This document shows positions 24,410 through 43,900 of a DNA stretch of 64,000 nucleotides, one piece after another. How positions within the stretch are numbered: position 1 is the first letter of the stretch; the number at the start of each line of letters is the position of its first letter. The translations under genes and the position numbers were made by a program. The notes beneath the pieces were generated by a model. The model made no database searches, was not told the DNA's origin, and saw only the letters and a program-made list of their open reading frames with translations. Source of the stretch: Tubulanus polymorphus (taxonomy: Eukaryota; Animalia; Nemertea); assembly GCF_964204645.1 (NCBI RefSeq), contig NC_134026.1, positions 26,384,150 to 26,448,149 on the forward strand, in the 5' to 3' direction.

Positions 24410-27400
24410 TTAATCCTTACTCTGGAAAACGTACAAATTGTTTGTAGCTGCGACAGCAATTATATTTTCTAAGGGATGCCACGCTGTATGTATTATCTTT
24501 TTACTGAAGTCCAAACAATCGACGCTAATTTCATCTTTTTTACGTTTTCCGCCACCGGAAACTTTCCTAGGTTTCAGTACAGTACGTGGTTTCATATTTT
24601 CGCGCGAGGCTTCCAACGTTACATCCCGTTTCGTTTCTCGATCGAACATCCGGAAGAAGTTGTTATACGATCCAGTCATTATATGTCTGTAAAACAAAAT
24701 CCGTTTGAAATGTGTTCAATTAAGCCGTATAATAAAACATTCTCAACAAACGAGATTCAATCGAATTTCTACTTACTTATCATCCCCGCTCCAGGCACAT
24801 TCGAATTTATCAAAAATGCAATCATTTTCGTACAAAGCGCAAAGCTTACTACGTAAATACTCATGCACCTGGTAAGTTTCAATTGGTTTAGTGTCCATGT
24901 GCAAATCCCACACCTTCACAGAAAGGTAATCACGTGTTATGAGGTATCGGCCGTTGTGACTAAACTTCACATCCGATATACTGCTGATGATTTCTGAGAA
25001 AAAGCTGCGATTCATCGGATCTTCAGGTTCTTCAAATACTACGAATAAAGAACGTTGTTTCTTAGGCACGATTAAAGCTTAATGCAGAAGAGGTTGTGTT
25101 CAATATACAATGCATAGTCACTCATCAACTGATGGCCCAGGGTTTATCACCATACAAACTATCACATCACACCTGCTCGTAATTAACCAATGATATACTC
25201 ACATTTAGCATGTTGATCACATAATGCTTGTTGTCGCATATCACAGAGGCGTATTGTTCCTTTGCTACTACTATACACAAAAACATTACATTCAGTCGGA
25301 TGAAATTCTGCTGCCGTTATTACTTCAGTTAGTTCCTCCATGTTCGCAGGTTTAATATCAACGATATCTATGCACAGGTTAAGGTGACAATAAACAGAAG
25401 TGTTTGTAATAGATAGAAAAATAACCCTAGAAGTACATTCACAAATCAGGTACTTCATTTAGCAATAAATCAATCTTCAAGATGACCCTGTTAAATCAGA
25501 GCTGCCAGCCTTGATTTTATCTTTTACTGAACACATGTCCAAGTAATTTCCACGAACGAAGTAATTTCCAGCCGTTTCAAATTTTCAAAACAGAAGATGT
25601 CTTAAAAGAATTAACGCTCAGCATATTGCTGGTCACCATTATCAACCAAATGAGCGGTTGGAACAATCAGAACAGTAGACAGCTTTGATCAGCCATTCAC
25701 TTGAGAGTGGCTAAATGTAATATCTTGAATTTTGAAAGCCTTATTTTCATGCATGTGGTGTGTAAAAGGATACTAAAACTTTGATCCGTGATCTCCATAT
25801 GCCACAAGTTAATACGAAGATCATCAGCCGACATGTACGTCTCCTGGTCGCTGTTAACCGATATAGAATTAATGTGATACGTGTGAGCATTAGCGAATAT
25901 TCGTCTCGGACTAGCTTCGACCATCAGCTCCATCGGTTTGAATACCGGTACCCGTAACGTATTGATCGTCATATCATCTCGTTTCAAGCCGCCTTCATCT
26001 TTCACATTGTAAGTTCCGTCTGGACGTTTATCTCGCTCGGAAACTTTCCACAACTTGATCGTCTTATCTGAAAAATTGTCGTTTGAAAAACTGTGAAATT
26101 GATAATCGCAAATGTAACGAAGTTGTCACTATTAGTTGAACCGGACAACTTCAGTCAAACTCGCATGAAGTCGACATGTTAAGTAGTATAATCATAGGTT
26201 GTATGAATTTCAGAATCCTGTTTTCCCCTTACGAATTTCCTAGTTTTTGTCAAGCCCTACAAATGCTCAAGTTGCGCTGGGATTGAATGTTCCGACAAAA
26301 TGTTTCCCAATTAAATCTAAGTCTTCCTTAAGTCACAGATCCATTTTACCGTTGACAATTTTATGGTAGCCAACTTTTTGTGAACTAAAACGGTGAGATA
26401 TGCTAGACGTCCGCTGAAGTTTTAACTCATTACATTTAAAAGCCGACTACGTATACAACTCGTGGCTCATGTAAGTTGTTAGGTCCCAAACTCAGTCTGC
26501 AAATTCATGTGGCATAGATGATAGATCCCTTAGAAACCGGATTAATTTCATTGGTCTGACATCAACAGAATGGATCTTACTGCTTACATACCGTTAGTTG
26601 ATAGCAAAAAGTGAGCCGGGTTAGTTTGCTGCAACCATTTAATCTTGTTTATTTTTTCTTCAATCTCTAAGCTTTTCAGGTAATCAAACTCGGGTTCGTG
26701 ACTTTGAAAGGTGCTATATACGTTGTATTCCCCTCGGCGTGGTAGGCCGGGCTGGATCTGAAATAGATTTCATTAACATTCACATTTCAAAGATTTGATT
26801 CAAATAGAATCAATAGTGCAGCAGCTGAATGTATGACTTACCGTTTGATCTCGCTGGAAAATGACGACTCTTCCACCTTTATCTCCGGTAGCAAGAAGTT
26901 CACCATTTTGATTAAATTCAACACATGATATAATATCCGCTGAAAACATATACCATATCAGAGTTGTGGTAAATATTACTGCCTGTACCAACGAGCTATA
27001 ATAGCTTGACACTCCTGCAGTGGGGCGTTAGTGGGTCAAGAAGAGACGAGAGTTGCTTAATAATAGTCTGTATTTAAATAGGGTCCTTGGTTTGTGCTAT
27101 CATCGATGTCAAGCTTTGTTCAAAACGTATTGCTCAAACACATCATGAATGCCAGATACAGTTTACAAATTCGATAATTGGAATGCCAATCAATCGAAAG
27201 AAAGTAGATTTGATTTTTATTTCCGGGTTTGAGTTCCAGAAATCGACTTACCCTCGGTTATTTCCTCCTCGATTGTTCCCTTTACCTGGGAAAAACACCA
27301 TTGTATATCTCCCCCATTACCTAGAATAGAAAAGCACAAACGAATAATTGAGAGAAACCTCGGAAAATACGAGGTGAAGCAAGAGAACAAAATCTGACAA

Positions 27401-27470
27401 GAGAGGAGGAACCGGTACATTGACGGGAGTAGCCTCGAAAGAAAGTTAAAGTAGACCACTTACCAGCCAT
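24410..27470 (-). CDS. PPP2R2: PP2A regulatory subunit B55 (PPP2R2/twins), multi-exon
   Basis: 7-nt first coding exon ATGGCTG (27464-27470); [15 protein letters not shown]; [30 protein letters not shown]; [25 protein letters not shown]; [17 protein letters not shown]; [17 protein letters not shown]; C-terminus [15 protein letters not shown]. Confidence 0.97.
25368..25773 (-). other. U12-type (minor spliceosome) GT-AG intron in B55
   Basis: Donor GTATCCTTT; branch CACCTTAAC ~10 nt upstream of the terminal TAG; splicing restores the conserved ..SFN-IVDIKP reading. Confidence 0.9.
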
Positions 27471-27599
27471 GATACTAGCTAGAAAATATCCTCAAGTAAT
27501 CTTATGAATATTCGCCTTAGTAAATATTCCTAAGTAGCTCATAAATATCAAGAAATAAGATAGGATGCAACCCGATATTGGGCGAACCAGAAATCGGGT

Positions 27600-27720
27600 A
27601 CCGAGCCGATACAAAATGGCGCACAGGACTAGTGACGTCAGAATCACTGAGCATTCTGGGACGTCACAATATGACGCGCGGGTAATTCAATATTTTGTCG
27701 TACTGGGTTCGAATCCGTAT
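27600..27720. promoter_or_regulatory. B55 proximal promoter motifs
   Basis: YY1-like CAAAATGGCG 27612-27621; full CRE TGACGTCA 27633-27640; half-CREs at ~27660 and ~27672. Confidence 0.5.
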
Positions 27721-28302
27721 TATTCGAAAATTATCGTGGCTCCGAGATGCATCTTAGGGGATTTACCTTTATTCTTATTTACAGCAGCGTTGATCATTCC
27801 CCCAATTTTAGAAATGCTTGTCTGATGTCGAAGCATAATCGGCATCGTCACACAGTAGTGTACACTCACATGCACACGTACTCGTACCTCACCCCTGAAA
27901 TGTCAAAGTCTTAAGCAAAAGTGACTTCTAAATACACTTAAGTTTCTTTCGTTTCCGGCGTAAAGGATATTTCCACAGCGCTTTATCGCTGTCGTTTGAT
28001 GATATTGATTGCAACATTTCACCCAGCGAATTATTTTTAGATGGATGAAAACAACATCATATACACTCCGTGAACTGTCTAGGTGACATCAAGTCAAGTT
28101 CTAATCCCATCATTCTATTGCACGAAATTGAATAAAAGCAAAACGGATAATATAGGCTTATTTAATTTTCTTACCATTCTTACCATTATACTCGATGGGT
28201 TATGCAAAAGTCGAACCTAACTGACAAATACACCTGTTTCACGATACATTTTACTACGGGCACATATTGCTCACGTATTGTCGACCGACAATCAAACCTT
28301 GA

Positions 28303-28452
28303 CAGTAGACTCCGTTTGAGAACGATCTTTTGGGGACCGTAAAAACGTGTCTGAATGATATCTGAGGGAATTATCAATTCTTAAATAGAGTCACATAAAA
28401 TGTTTCAACAAACGTCCGAGTTGATTGGATCCGACTCGGGCGGAGTCTAATG
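28303..28452. mobile_element. Tc1/pogo-like MITE
   Basis: TIRs cagtagactccgtttgag / ctcgggcggagtctaatg; TA on the right flank. Confidence 0.6.
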
Positions 28453-31400
28453 TATTTCGTTGCAATAGAAATTCGAACGTCCATCTCACCGTAGTCTTGT
28501 CTACACCAAAAGCCTCTTATGTCTTTAAGAAGTTGAATTGCTTCAATTTGATCTTCTTACAATTCTTGTAATTCTTCTATTATGAATATCTCACTGCGAA
28601 TTAAGGATGGTCCGCTATCTATACCTTATTATCGAACACGAATTAATAACATAATACGCGTGTACTCGTGGATATCTCGTACTCGAACATTAGATTTACT
28701 ACTCGGATATTCGACGCTGATTTAAACTACTCTCTCGTCAACATTATACCGGTGAGATGCCGAGGGACAGATTTAAAAGATGCTTCATTAGGGATGGCGA
28801 ACACCTCCCTGGTTAAAGAGTCCATGATTAGCGAAATGCAACGTGAAAAGGGTTAATTATGGCACTGTCACGCTCATGACATCAACATGAGATTAGCGTC
28901 AACAAGTTTGCATTATGCAGACTGCCATTCCGTCAGGTGAATGATTAATCAACGAAATAAGACAGGATATTGACGGGATTAAAAATTCTAATTCCAAATT
29001 GCGTGATTCCGGATCTATTAACGGCTCGGTAATGATGTTTAAAATTGAAAATTGTCTCCGAAGCAACGTAGAAACGAAGAAAGTTATTTGAGGAAGATAA
29101 CTGAGTTTTGCGATGATGAATCACTTGATAAATTTCGAACATAAACCGCTATTACCAAAAGCGTTTTTTCCCAGATATGCGCTATTTAGGCCTGATTCAT
29201 AACACTTTGAAAATCATTTCGAAGCTTGAACCTTTAATTAATTTCGTGGTGGTTATTGCCGAGTTGATAGCCCTATGGAACTGTTTTTAATTGTTTTTAG
29301 ATATATTTCTACGTACATTCAAAAAATTCTGTTTCTCGAGGCGGAGAGTGAAAACAGTAACTATTTAAATCATGTATCTATTACATGTTACTGATTCATG
29401 AGGCTGAATATATCGATGCAAATTTTCATTAAATGTCAAACGCCAGCCTGATCAGCCTGTCGATGGATAACGTCGCTGCTATAAACGCCCTTTTATTCCA
29501 AATCCACATTGATCACAATAGCGTTGATGGGTAGATCATAGTCCTCAGCACGTCTTAAAGAAGGTCGAAGTTCAATTATGAAATTTTCACTATGTGTCTT
29601 CGGGGAATTCTAGATTTGTGTGTACATGTAAAAACTAAAGCAATACAAGAATAAGGACCATTCTTGAGGCAATACAATGGTTGGTACATAACCTTATCAT
29701 AATCATAGAGTAGTTGTGACAATTCGTCCATGTTGTGACCAAGAAAGAAATCGATGTTCCACAACAAGAGATCAATTTTTTTTCTAAATTAATTGAGGTG
29801 GTTTGAACCCGCTGTAGCGAACACTTTGAAACATTGGATGCAATGAATCCACGAATTACAAGCAATCACACTAATATAATTAACTACGTGTTACTTCAAA
29901 TCAGTAGAATGTAGTGGACTGGACAGATCTGCCGATCTTATAAATATATATACATGAATATATCATGTCATTTGTAATAGATTCTGTCAATTAATCAGAG
30001 ATGCTACATGAGACATTTATACATACAGCGCGTCTACGTCTCGCAATTCCGTCCGTCAAATTCTGAAACATTCTATTGACTTTTCACATCTTTAAAGCCG
30101 AAATATCGATTATTATCTATTCATCGTATGAAACTTTCCGTCATTATGAAATCAATTCATATTCAAAATCAACTACTTAAGAATGAATAGGGAAATAAAC
30201 GCATCTCAACATAGACTTTTCTCGTTCATGTTAATATTCAGCGCCACAATTTTCAGGGATTAGTGTTTGTATGGGAAAGTGAATGGATTACTGTTCTGGT
30301 GATGTCTCGTGTGATTGACGGCTGATGGACGGTTTTTTTCAGAAATAGGAGATAAAACTGACAAATGATCAATAAAGATCGAGCTTCTTGATTGCAGCCA
30401 CTGGAGAGAAGCTATATTATATATAAACCAGACGCTTTCAATGGATATAACAAATTTGTGGCGTCTCAAGTTACCATCATTGTATCAGTTCAATATACCG
30501 AGCATTAACTTACATATAAAACATAACTGGAATCAATGTCTGGAAATAATCCAAGATAATTAAACCCTAAAATGATATGAAATCTTAATTAATCCATACA
30601 AACTTACCTGTTACTTGTCTAATTAGATATCAGCCGAAAGGTCAAACGAGAAATTCTACCTCAGGATATCCACCGCACATATATTCGTATATATCGAAGC
30701 ATCTGATGTCAGCGTGAAACTAAAACATGCTAGCGTCTGCTTCTCATGAAACACAACACTTTAATGGTCAATTTCTAGTTGAATTTACACGGAGTAGTCT
30801 TAAATTGTCAACCTATTTACTATTGGCAGCATATTGTACCTCCACGGCTATTCAAAGATACTAATCCCATATTTAATAATTGAAGTCAACAACCGTGTTG
30901 ATGTTATTGATATGCTGGATACATATACAACTCATAGTATTACTAACCTATTAACGAATATGTTCAATCGATTATAATCATAATCCGATGTGAATATCTA
31001 GTGATCACTATCAACTGACTAGCATTAGTCATCCGCAACACAACAATATCCTTTTTAATCCAAATACGCAGTTTATGATAACAATAACGATCGCATGCAG
31101 ATTGGCTGGAAGTCTAGTCTGCAGTGGTGTCTGCTATTCAACTGTCCTTACAGTTACAGCTGTTCCAGCTAATCAATACATACGGCTAACCTTCCTTCTA
31201 CAGTGTCGCGAGTCACAAAATGTCTGGAAGAACATTAACATTCGAAGAACTTTTCAAGCGCCAACATGTGTTCATTTACATGTGTCAATTATAACGTCTT
31301 AATATATGTTCCTTTAGAGCAGTTAATGACTGTAAAAATGGTCTCCAGACAAGAATAAAACATATACTAACTAAAACTAATGAGATAAAACAGCATACAG

Positions 31401-32839
31401 CAACTTTCGAGTACAATATAAATACGGGCTGGTTTATTAGCAAAATGCCTTATATATATATTTACAATGAACACATACAAGATAATATCGCGTTCGAAGT
31501 TGAATTCGTGCCAAAAATTTGAATGAAAAAATAGAATACTCTGCCATACAAAAAGTTCCGGTACATATGTTTATGAATAAATACATAGACAATGATTTCA
31601 ATGTTTGCCCGATCTCTGTACCTCTAGGGGAACTTTGAAATTGATAAATTGTGTATGTACGCACGTCCGCCATAAGCTGTATATTGTCAATGCTATACAT
31701 GTATTTCTGACCAGCTCTCATCAGTAATGACTGAACAGATAAGGAACTAACACTTCATTGTATTCATCTCTAACAATGAATTCTACGCAGAGCTTCGGAC
31801 CGGTAACTTATTTCGTAGCATGATACTGAAAATTCAACATCAGCCAATTTTTCGATGCAAGACACTGACAAATAACTTCTATCAATCACGACTGAATATA
31901 CACACGCAACACTTGTTTAGTCAGGAACCCGGGGTAGAATTGCGGACATCTTTTTTTATTTAAAGACATCCATGATCCGGCAACTGAATCAATATTATGA
32001 TAGAACATTTACGCCATTCACTCCTATAATAATGGTTCGTTGATTTCCCAAAAGTGGTGACATACAGAGCATACTAATCGAGAGTTGCAGACAACTGACA
32101 CATCACAGCAAACAAGTGCTATGTCTGGATACAGCGAATAAAGGCACTGATGCTACAAAATAATATATGTACGTATACGCATTCATCATTGCACACTGAC
32201 CGATAACTCACTGAGGGGAATCATCATGAGTACTGTCCTAGATTTAGTCAGTAGATTACAAACATTGTTTGTTTCATTTGTTATGGCAAAATAGCATTTC
32301 AAATTCTCAACTGAAACGTTGTTAAGAGAACAGCAGAACAGCAGCAGTTAAGAATAGAATCACTCTCTATATTATTCCCTGCAGAGAAGCGAGATAAACA
32401 GATTTTAAATCAGTATTTCCAAGCACGTATTCAGGCAAATGGTTCTGTGATGTGGGTTATTTTTACATTTACTCCTTCTAAACTAGATGTCAGCTGTAAA
32501 GCGTAGATCAGTATTTGGTCAGATGAATAAATATATTTCTCACTAAAAATATGATCCTAAATATACCGAATGAAAACAATCAATAATTGATTCTAAAATA
32601 CCTTGGTGGCTGTGTTAATGTGAACAAATAACTAGCATGAAATACAACACACAACAGTCAACCGATATATGTACACAAAACAAACCATAATGTGGCAAAA
32701 TAAAGATAAGTTCACCAAGAAATCCATTCGTTTATCCTTTAATGTTCAAATTAGTCCATCAACAGTCATTTATCGCATGATTGATAATATCCCGAGAATG
32801 ATCGCTCAGTAATTATGGTAACAGTAATCTAATGTCTCA

Positions 32840-38908
<6,069 letters not shown>

Positions 38909-39009
38909 CGTGTCTGGTTGTAGCTTTACACTTTTCTCTCTTGAGTAAGAAGTTATAGAATGAGATGATCGACGATTTGGCGATACGGATGGAGTAATTA
39001 AAGCTGCGC

Positions 39010-39045
39010 TTTGTCCGCCATTGTAGACAAAGCGGAAGTAACAAT
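39010..39045 (-). promoter_or_regulatory. RPB2 core promoter motifs
   Basis: On - strand ACTTCCGC (ETS) followed by AATGGCGG (YY1-like), ~110-130 nt upstream of the ATG. Confidence 0.45.
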
Positions 39046-40977
39046 AACGCCACCTTGAAACTTCGAACTGAATATTAGACTGGCTGCCGGTGTTGTGCGC
39101 ATATGAAATAACGGGTGGCTCCGAGAACATCTAATTCATAGGGATGGTTTACACATTTAGTGGGTGGCTCTCGGTGGAATAGGTTTTGGCGTCGGCTAAG
39201 TCCGCCATGAAAATTTTTGTTTCTTGATCTTTCAAATAATAGTTCTTGCAATAACTCAACGGCAAACGCAATGTTAGCAATTCGGGCTTTCTTGTTACTA
39301 GCAGAATAGGCCCCAATTATCGATGCGGTTGGGTTGTGAACGCCGACGGAGCCGTGTTCTCGTGGCTTCGACGACGGAGACCTTGATCACAACGTCTTAG
39401 TATCCTGACACCGGGGATGACGTGGCATTCTACTTTTGGTCCATCGCATTGTCCGAATTCCGAATTTTTTAAATACGAAATCTGGTTTTATTCATGCGTT
39501 TTAAGTCCTCCTATGTGTGGTAGATTAACTTCTCATTTCATCCCACTGCAATAAGCAGGCCTACCGCTATAGCTATATTTTAACATGTGTTATTTGTAAA
39601 TAAAAGTAATAGATTTCCTCGCAATCAATCGCATTTACCAGTTGTTTTTATATGAATTTGATCAGAACTGTGTATCAGTGTGACTAAATGTAGAAACGGC
39701 TGCCTGTTATCATAATATCTCTCTGTGAATTAAACGAGGGGATAAGTATTCAGAGAGAAGTTGAATAAACACATTCCCGAGAGGTATACAGGGAATCCAC
39801 ACACCACTGCAACATAGAACTGCTCAACCATACAGACACCTCCACCCATCAACTAATTTTAGCCTCAGATAACAGTCGATAAAAATAGACACTTGTATAT
39901 TGCTCGTGCACAGCAAAATTTTATTAGAAAACGTTGAAACAATCCAAATATTCACTGTCATGCAATAGGCCAACAAGTACTTGTCCACCTAGTTCTAGAC
40001 GAATTGATAAGAAAAGCATTACATCTTTATTGACAAGACAGGTCAGAGTACTCTCTGCAGAGAGCGGAGCAATCGTTCTTCTCTTCACTTTTAGTTCTGG
40101 TGGTTTCCTCCAGAGCGACGCCATATTGATGGTACCGTATATGGCAACAAGAAATCCAACACCGGTGTACGCAAGTCTGCTTGGCCAACAGATTTGTACG
40201 GGGGAAATGCGTTGATGGAACATACGCAAGCTTAACAACTTCAGAGAATCGATGATGCACTTTGGTCTCGTTACGTTTATGAACTTGTTTCGAGATCAAA
40301 TCAGGAAACTACACAACAGAAACCTTCAATTGAGAGGCTAAGGGACACGACACTTTTTGAGTTGGATTTTGAATTAACTTTTAAGACCTAGATAATAAAA
40401 GCAGTTAGGAGGGGTTTTGAGTGATGTTTCTGCTCTCCCGCCCTCTTCCCTGACGAGTTTGTGCGCACACACCCTTGTCCTTAGCCTCTCAACTTGTGCC
40501 ATACCTGTATTTTCCTCTTTAAAGTTCCCGATGTTTATTCGTGTTAGAGAATTTTGGAATGCAGTCTCTCTTTGGCCAAACAGATTTGTTACTTCTTGGT
40601 GTTAGGTCGAAAACAAAAACAAGTTTAATGTAAAAAATAAATGGAGCAAACAGAAGTCGGTAAAATAAACGTTGAGGCATCATTTATGGATCCATATTTT
40701 TAAAGGTACCTTTACGATGGATGCAGCCAAAGTATGACTTAAATAATCATTTTGGATAGATCTTACTCTCCTAGATTATCGATGGAATACATTGTATCAA
40801 ATTTTTTATAGTTCGCATTGATTTTGAACAAAATTTAACTGCGCGCAGAAATAAATGTCCCGTGTGATGATTTTAACGCCACCTATATTTACTCGGATGA
40901 TCAGCAGGTACCCGGCAGCATCCGAAGTCACGTGGCACACGTTGGAGTAGCAAAGGTATGACGTCAAGATCGTTGAT

Positions 40978-43900
40978 TTACTCATCTTCTTTACCGCGCT
41001 TGATGACTGTTACGAAACTATTGTAATCGAAATGTCCACCATCGATCGGTGCTTCTTTCCACGTTTGTTTAATCTATAAATAAGAACAGGTTATTTTTGA
41101 ACCCGCGATAGATACTTTCTGATTCTCCAATGCGAAGAACCACCTGGCTTAATAACTGATCAATTACTCACTTCCTCTTTCGTGAAGTTATCACCCATAG
41201 TAGTCAAAAGTTCTTTGATACTGTAAAACAAAACAAAACGTTATGTCCCAGAATATTCATATTTCTGTATACATAGGTGGAGAATATGAAAGCCTCATCA
41301 GAATAAATGATTACTTACTATTCTTCTTCCAAATATCCTTTTTGTTCTTCGTCAAACATTCTGAATGCATTTCTCATCGTTTCCTCAGAATCCGTTCCTG
41401 AAAGAGTCATCCGAATTGAAGTTGACAGAAAAAGTAAATTGATGAGCTATCCTATCCAGCGACTGAAAATGCATCAATTATACATACCGTGCAGTTTTTC
41501 ACCGAACAGTGTGAGGAAAGCAGTGAAGTTGAGTTTGTCTGGAGCTTCCTTCAGCATAGCCTTCAGTTCATCATCCTTCGGTTCACGACCTATTTGATAA
41601 ACGATAAATTAAAAACTTTTTCTCACTACGATTTCCATATCAGATTTTGAAAACTTAATCATTATAGTCGGTATGACTTACCCAGGGAGGCATACATATC
41701 TTTGAGATCTTCAATATCGATAAATCCATCTCTATTTTGATCAATCATTGTAAATGCCTAAAACCGAACAAGTTCGAATACTCATATACACATTATTTTA
41801 TTTGTATGATCTTCACCGTTGTATTTCTTTCGGATTTATGATATAATCTAATATGATATGATATGTATCATTAATTATTTTTAGTATCTCATCTATAAGC
41901 GATTGCGCCTAGGACTGAAGAGAGATATGATATTAAGCTCTAATGTTAGAACGATATATTCTATCATATCATTGGACATTCATAAAAATATCACTGTATA
42001 TATTTCCTGAAAATCGAATCTTTATCTGAACATATTAAAACAAGTTGTAAACAGAAAACCATGAGAGCAAGATGAGGCGTTTCTTTTCCTATCGAAGCTG
42101 GGTTTTGAATATATGATGCTATGGATTGATCAGCCAAAATATGATTAACTTCATATGTGAATTGAAATGAAGATATGAGGACACGACACACGATACGAAT
42201 AATGACATATATTTTATAGAAATATATAAGTTTACGCAACATACAGTGTATTGAAAATTCGAATCATAACCTCAAAATTGTAAAACTCAAGCTGACGCAT
42301 GAAGCTTTTCATTTCCAAACTAATTGGGCTTGAATAACAGAAATTGTAAGGTTTTGATTTGAACTCATTAAAAAGTTTCGGATAAATGAGCAGGTATTTT
42401 GAATACGTAATATTCTAAGATTTAACCCTGAAGTTTCGATTACCCATACTTGAAGCTGATATGGCAAAATAGGACAGTTCCGGCCAGGGCCCACTTTTGG
42501 CAAAATTATTTTGTATAAATGAAAAAATAATTTATCCGGATAATGTTAACAGAAACAATAGAAATAAACATTGAAAACACAAGAATATAAGCGGAAGCAA
42601 ATAAAAGAAATGTCAATTGATAATTGATACAGGATCATTATTTTCATCATCAAATATCTACTATAAAGAGTGTTTTCTATTTATGTTTAATCTTTATGGT
42701 AAGTAAATCGCAATTGTTTGCTTACGACTCAGTATATCGTACTTAGTTACAGTATAATCATGTCTAAACAAGAGCAGCATTGCAGCTTTGCCATATTCTC
42801 CTAACTAGCGTTTCATAATATGATGTTAACAAAAAGATATTGTTTCGTTCCTGCCATTGGAGCACAAGAGTTGTGGTACTATATCTGTATTGTAATAGAT
42901 AATGATGTTTACATAATATGTGTATATGCATAATCCACAAACGAAAGAAATTCGTAAGATGAAATCATAAGAAAGAATGACAAAAATCTTTTCACTGATA
43001 GAAATAAGGTAAAGGTAGGAATAATTGAACCGGTCAGATCGGAATTTTTTACATGGACTTCTAGGATTAGAACCAAACCAAACATAAAACAAACAGGATT
43101 GGAGAAGATTAGGGAACTTTTCAAATCTCATATTCAATTTTCTATATATATAATTCTGGAAATGAATAAGTGCAAGGACAAAAAGAAAAGGTGCATTGGT
43201 AAAAATCGGAATATATTTGGCACTGAATGGAATTGTGTCTAGGAAGGACTCTTGCCATAAAAGCAGGGGTAAAGCAATCTATTCCGAATATTGCCGTTTT
43301 TTAGTTAATATCCAGCAGTTTAACGCTGCGTGAACTACTATGCTTAAAAATGGCTGAATTTTCATTCTCCTCTTTGTAACCAATATGGTCAGAGCTGCTC
43401 ATCCACCCACCCCCATTATTTTCAACGATAACGATTCGATTGAGGCCTTGCTCGACGCGGAAGCCACATCCTACGTATAAGAATACAGGTCCACAACATG
43501 CATTAATAGAGGGCCATCCCCTAGGGCACACCATGCTCTACCGAACCTCTTTCAACTCCTGGATCTGATGTGGAGGAAACATGGCCGTGACATTGCGACT
43601 CTTTCTCTGAAAAACAAGGAACATTCTACGTCTAGATTCATGCATTTACATAGATGTTACCATCTATACCTCTTTGAATTCTTGAATCTGATGCTGGGGG
43701 AACAGGGCAAAAACGTTAGAAGTGGCCCTATGGGCTCTTTTTTCGCCTCCACCTTCCTTCGCTTTTTTGGCGGCCTGAAATTACAAACGAGTCAAGCGTG
43801 GTGACGGTTAAGGCGAAGCATCCCCTATGGGGCACACACTGAGTAGTCTACTGCTCACACACCTATAAAGGTCACACACCTAGAGGTCACACACTAGAGG

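Noticed and set aside
31686-31731. Hammerhead-like CTGATGA...GAAA-TACATGTA-TA on the - strand
   Set aside because: Stem II lacks the closing G-C pair adjacent to GAAA and stem I is mismatched at the core; at best a decayed motif. An Infernal search would settle it.
39300-39460. GC-rich stretch upstream of RPB2 as a possible snRNA or snoRNA
   Set aside because: No match to recalled U3, U11, U4atac or U6atac motifs; likely CpG-rich promoter sequence.
39924-40605. Overlapping 62-104 aa ORFs between RPB2 and RLC
   Set aside because: No recognisable motifs or exon structure; probably RLC 3' UTR or intergenic sequence.
43807-43814. CCTTAAC (U12-like branch site) upstream of RLC exon B
   Set aside because: No U12 donor upstream; compatible with an ordinary U2 branch point.
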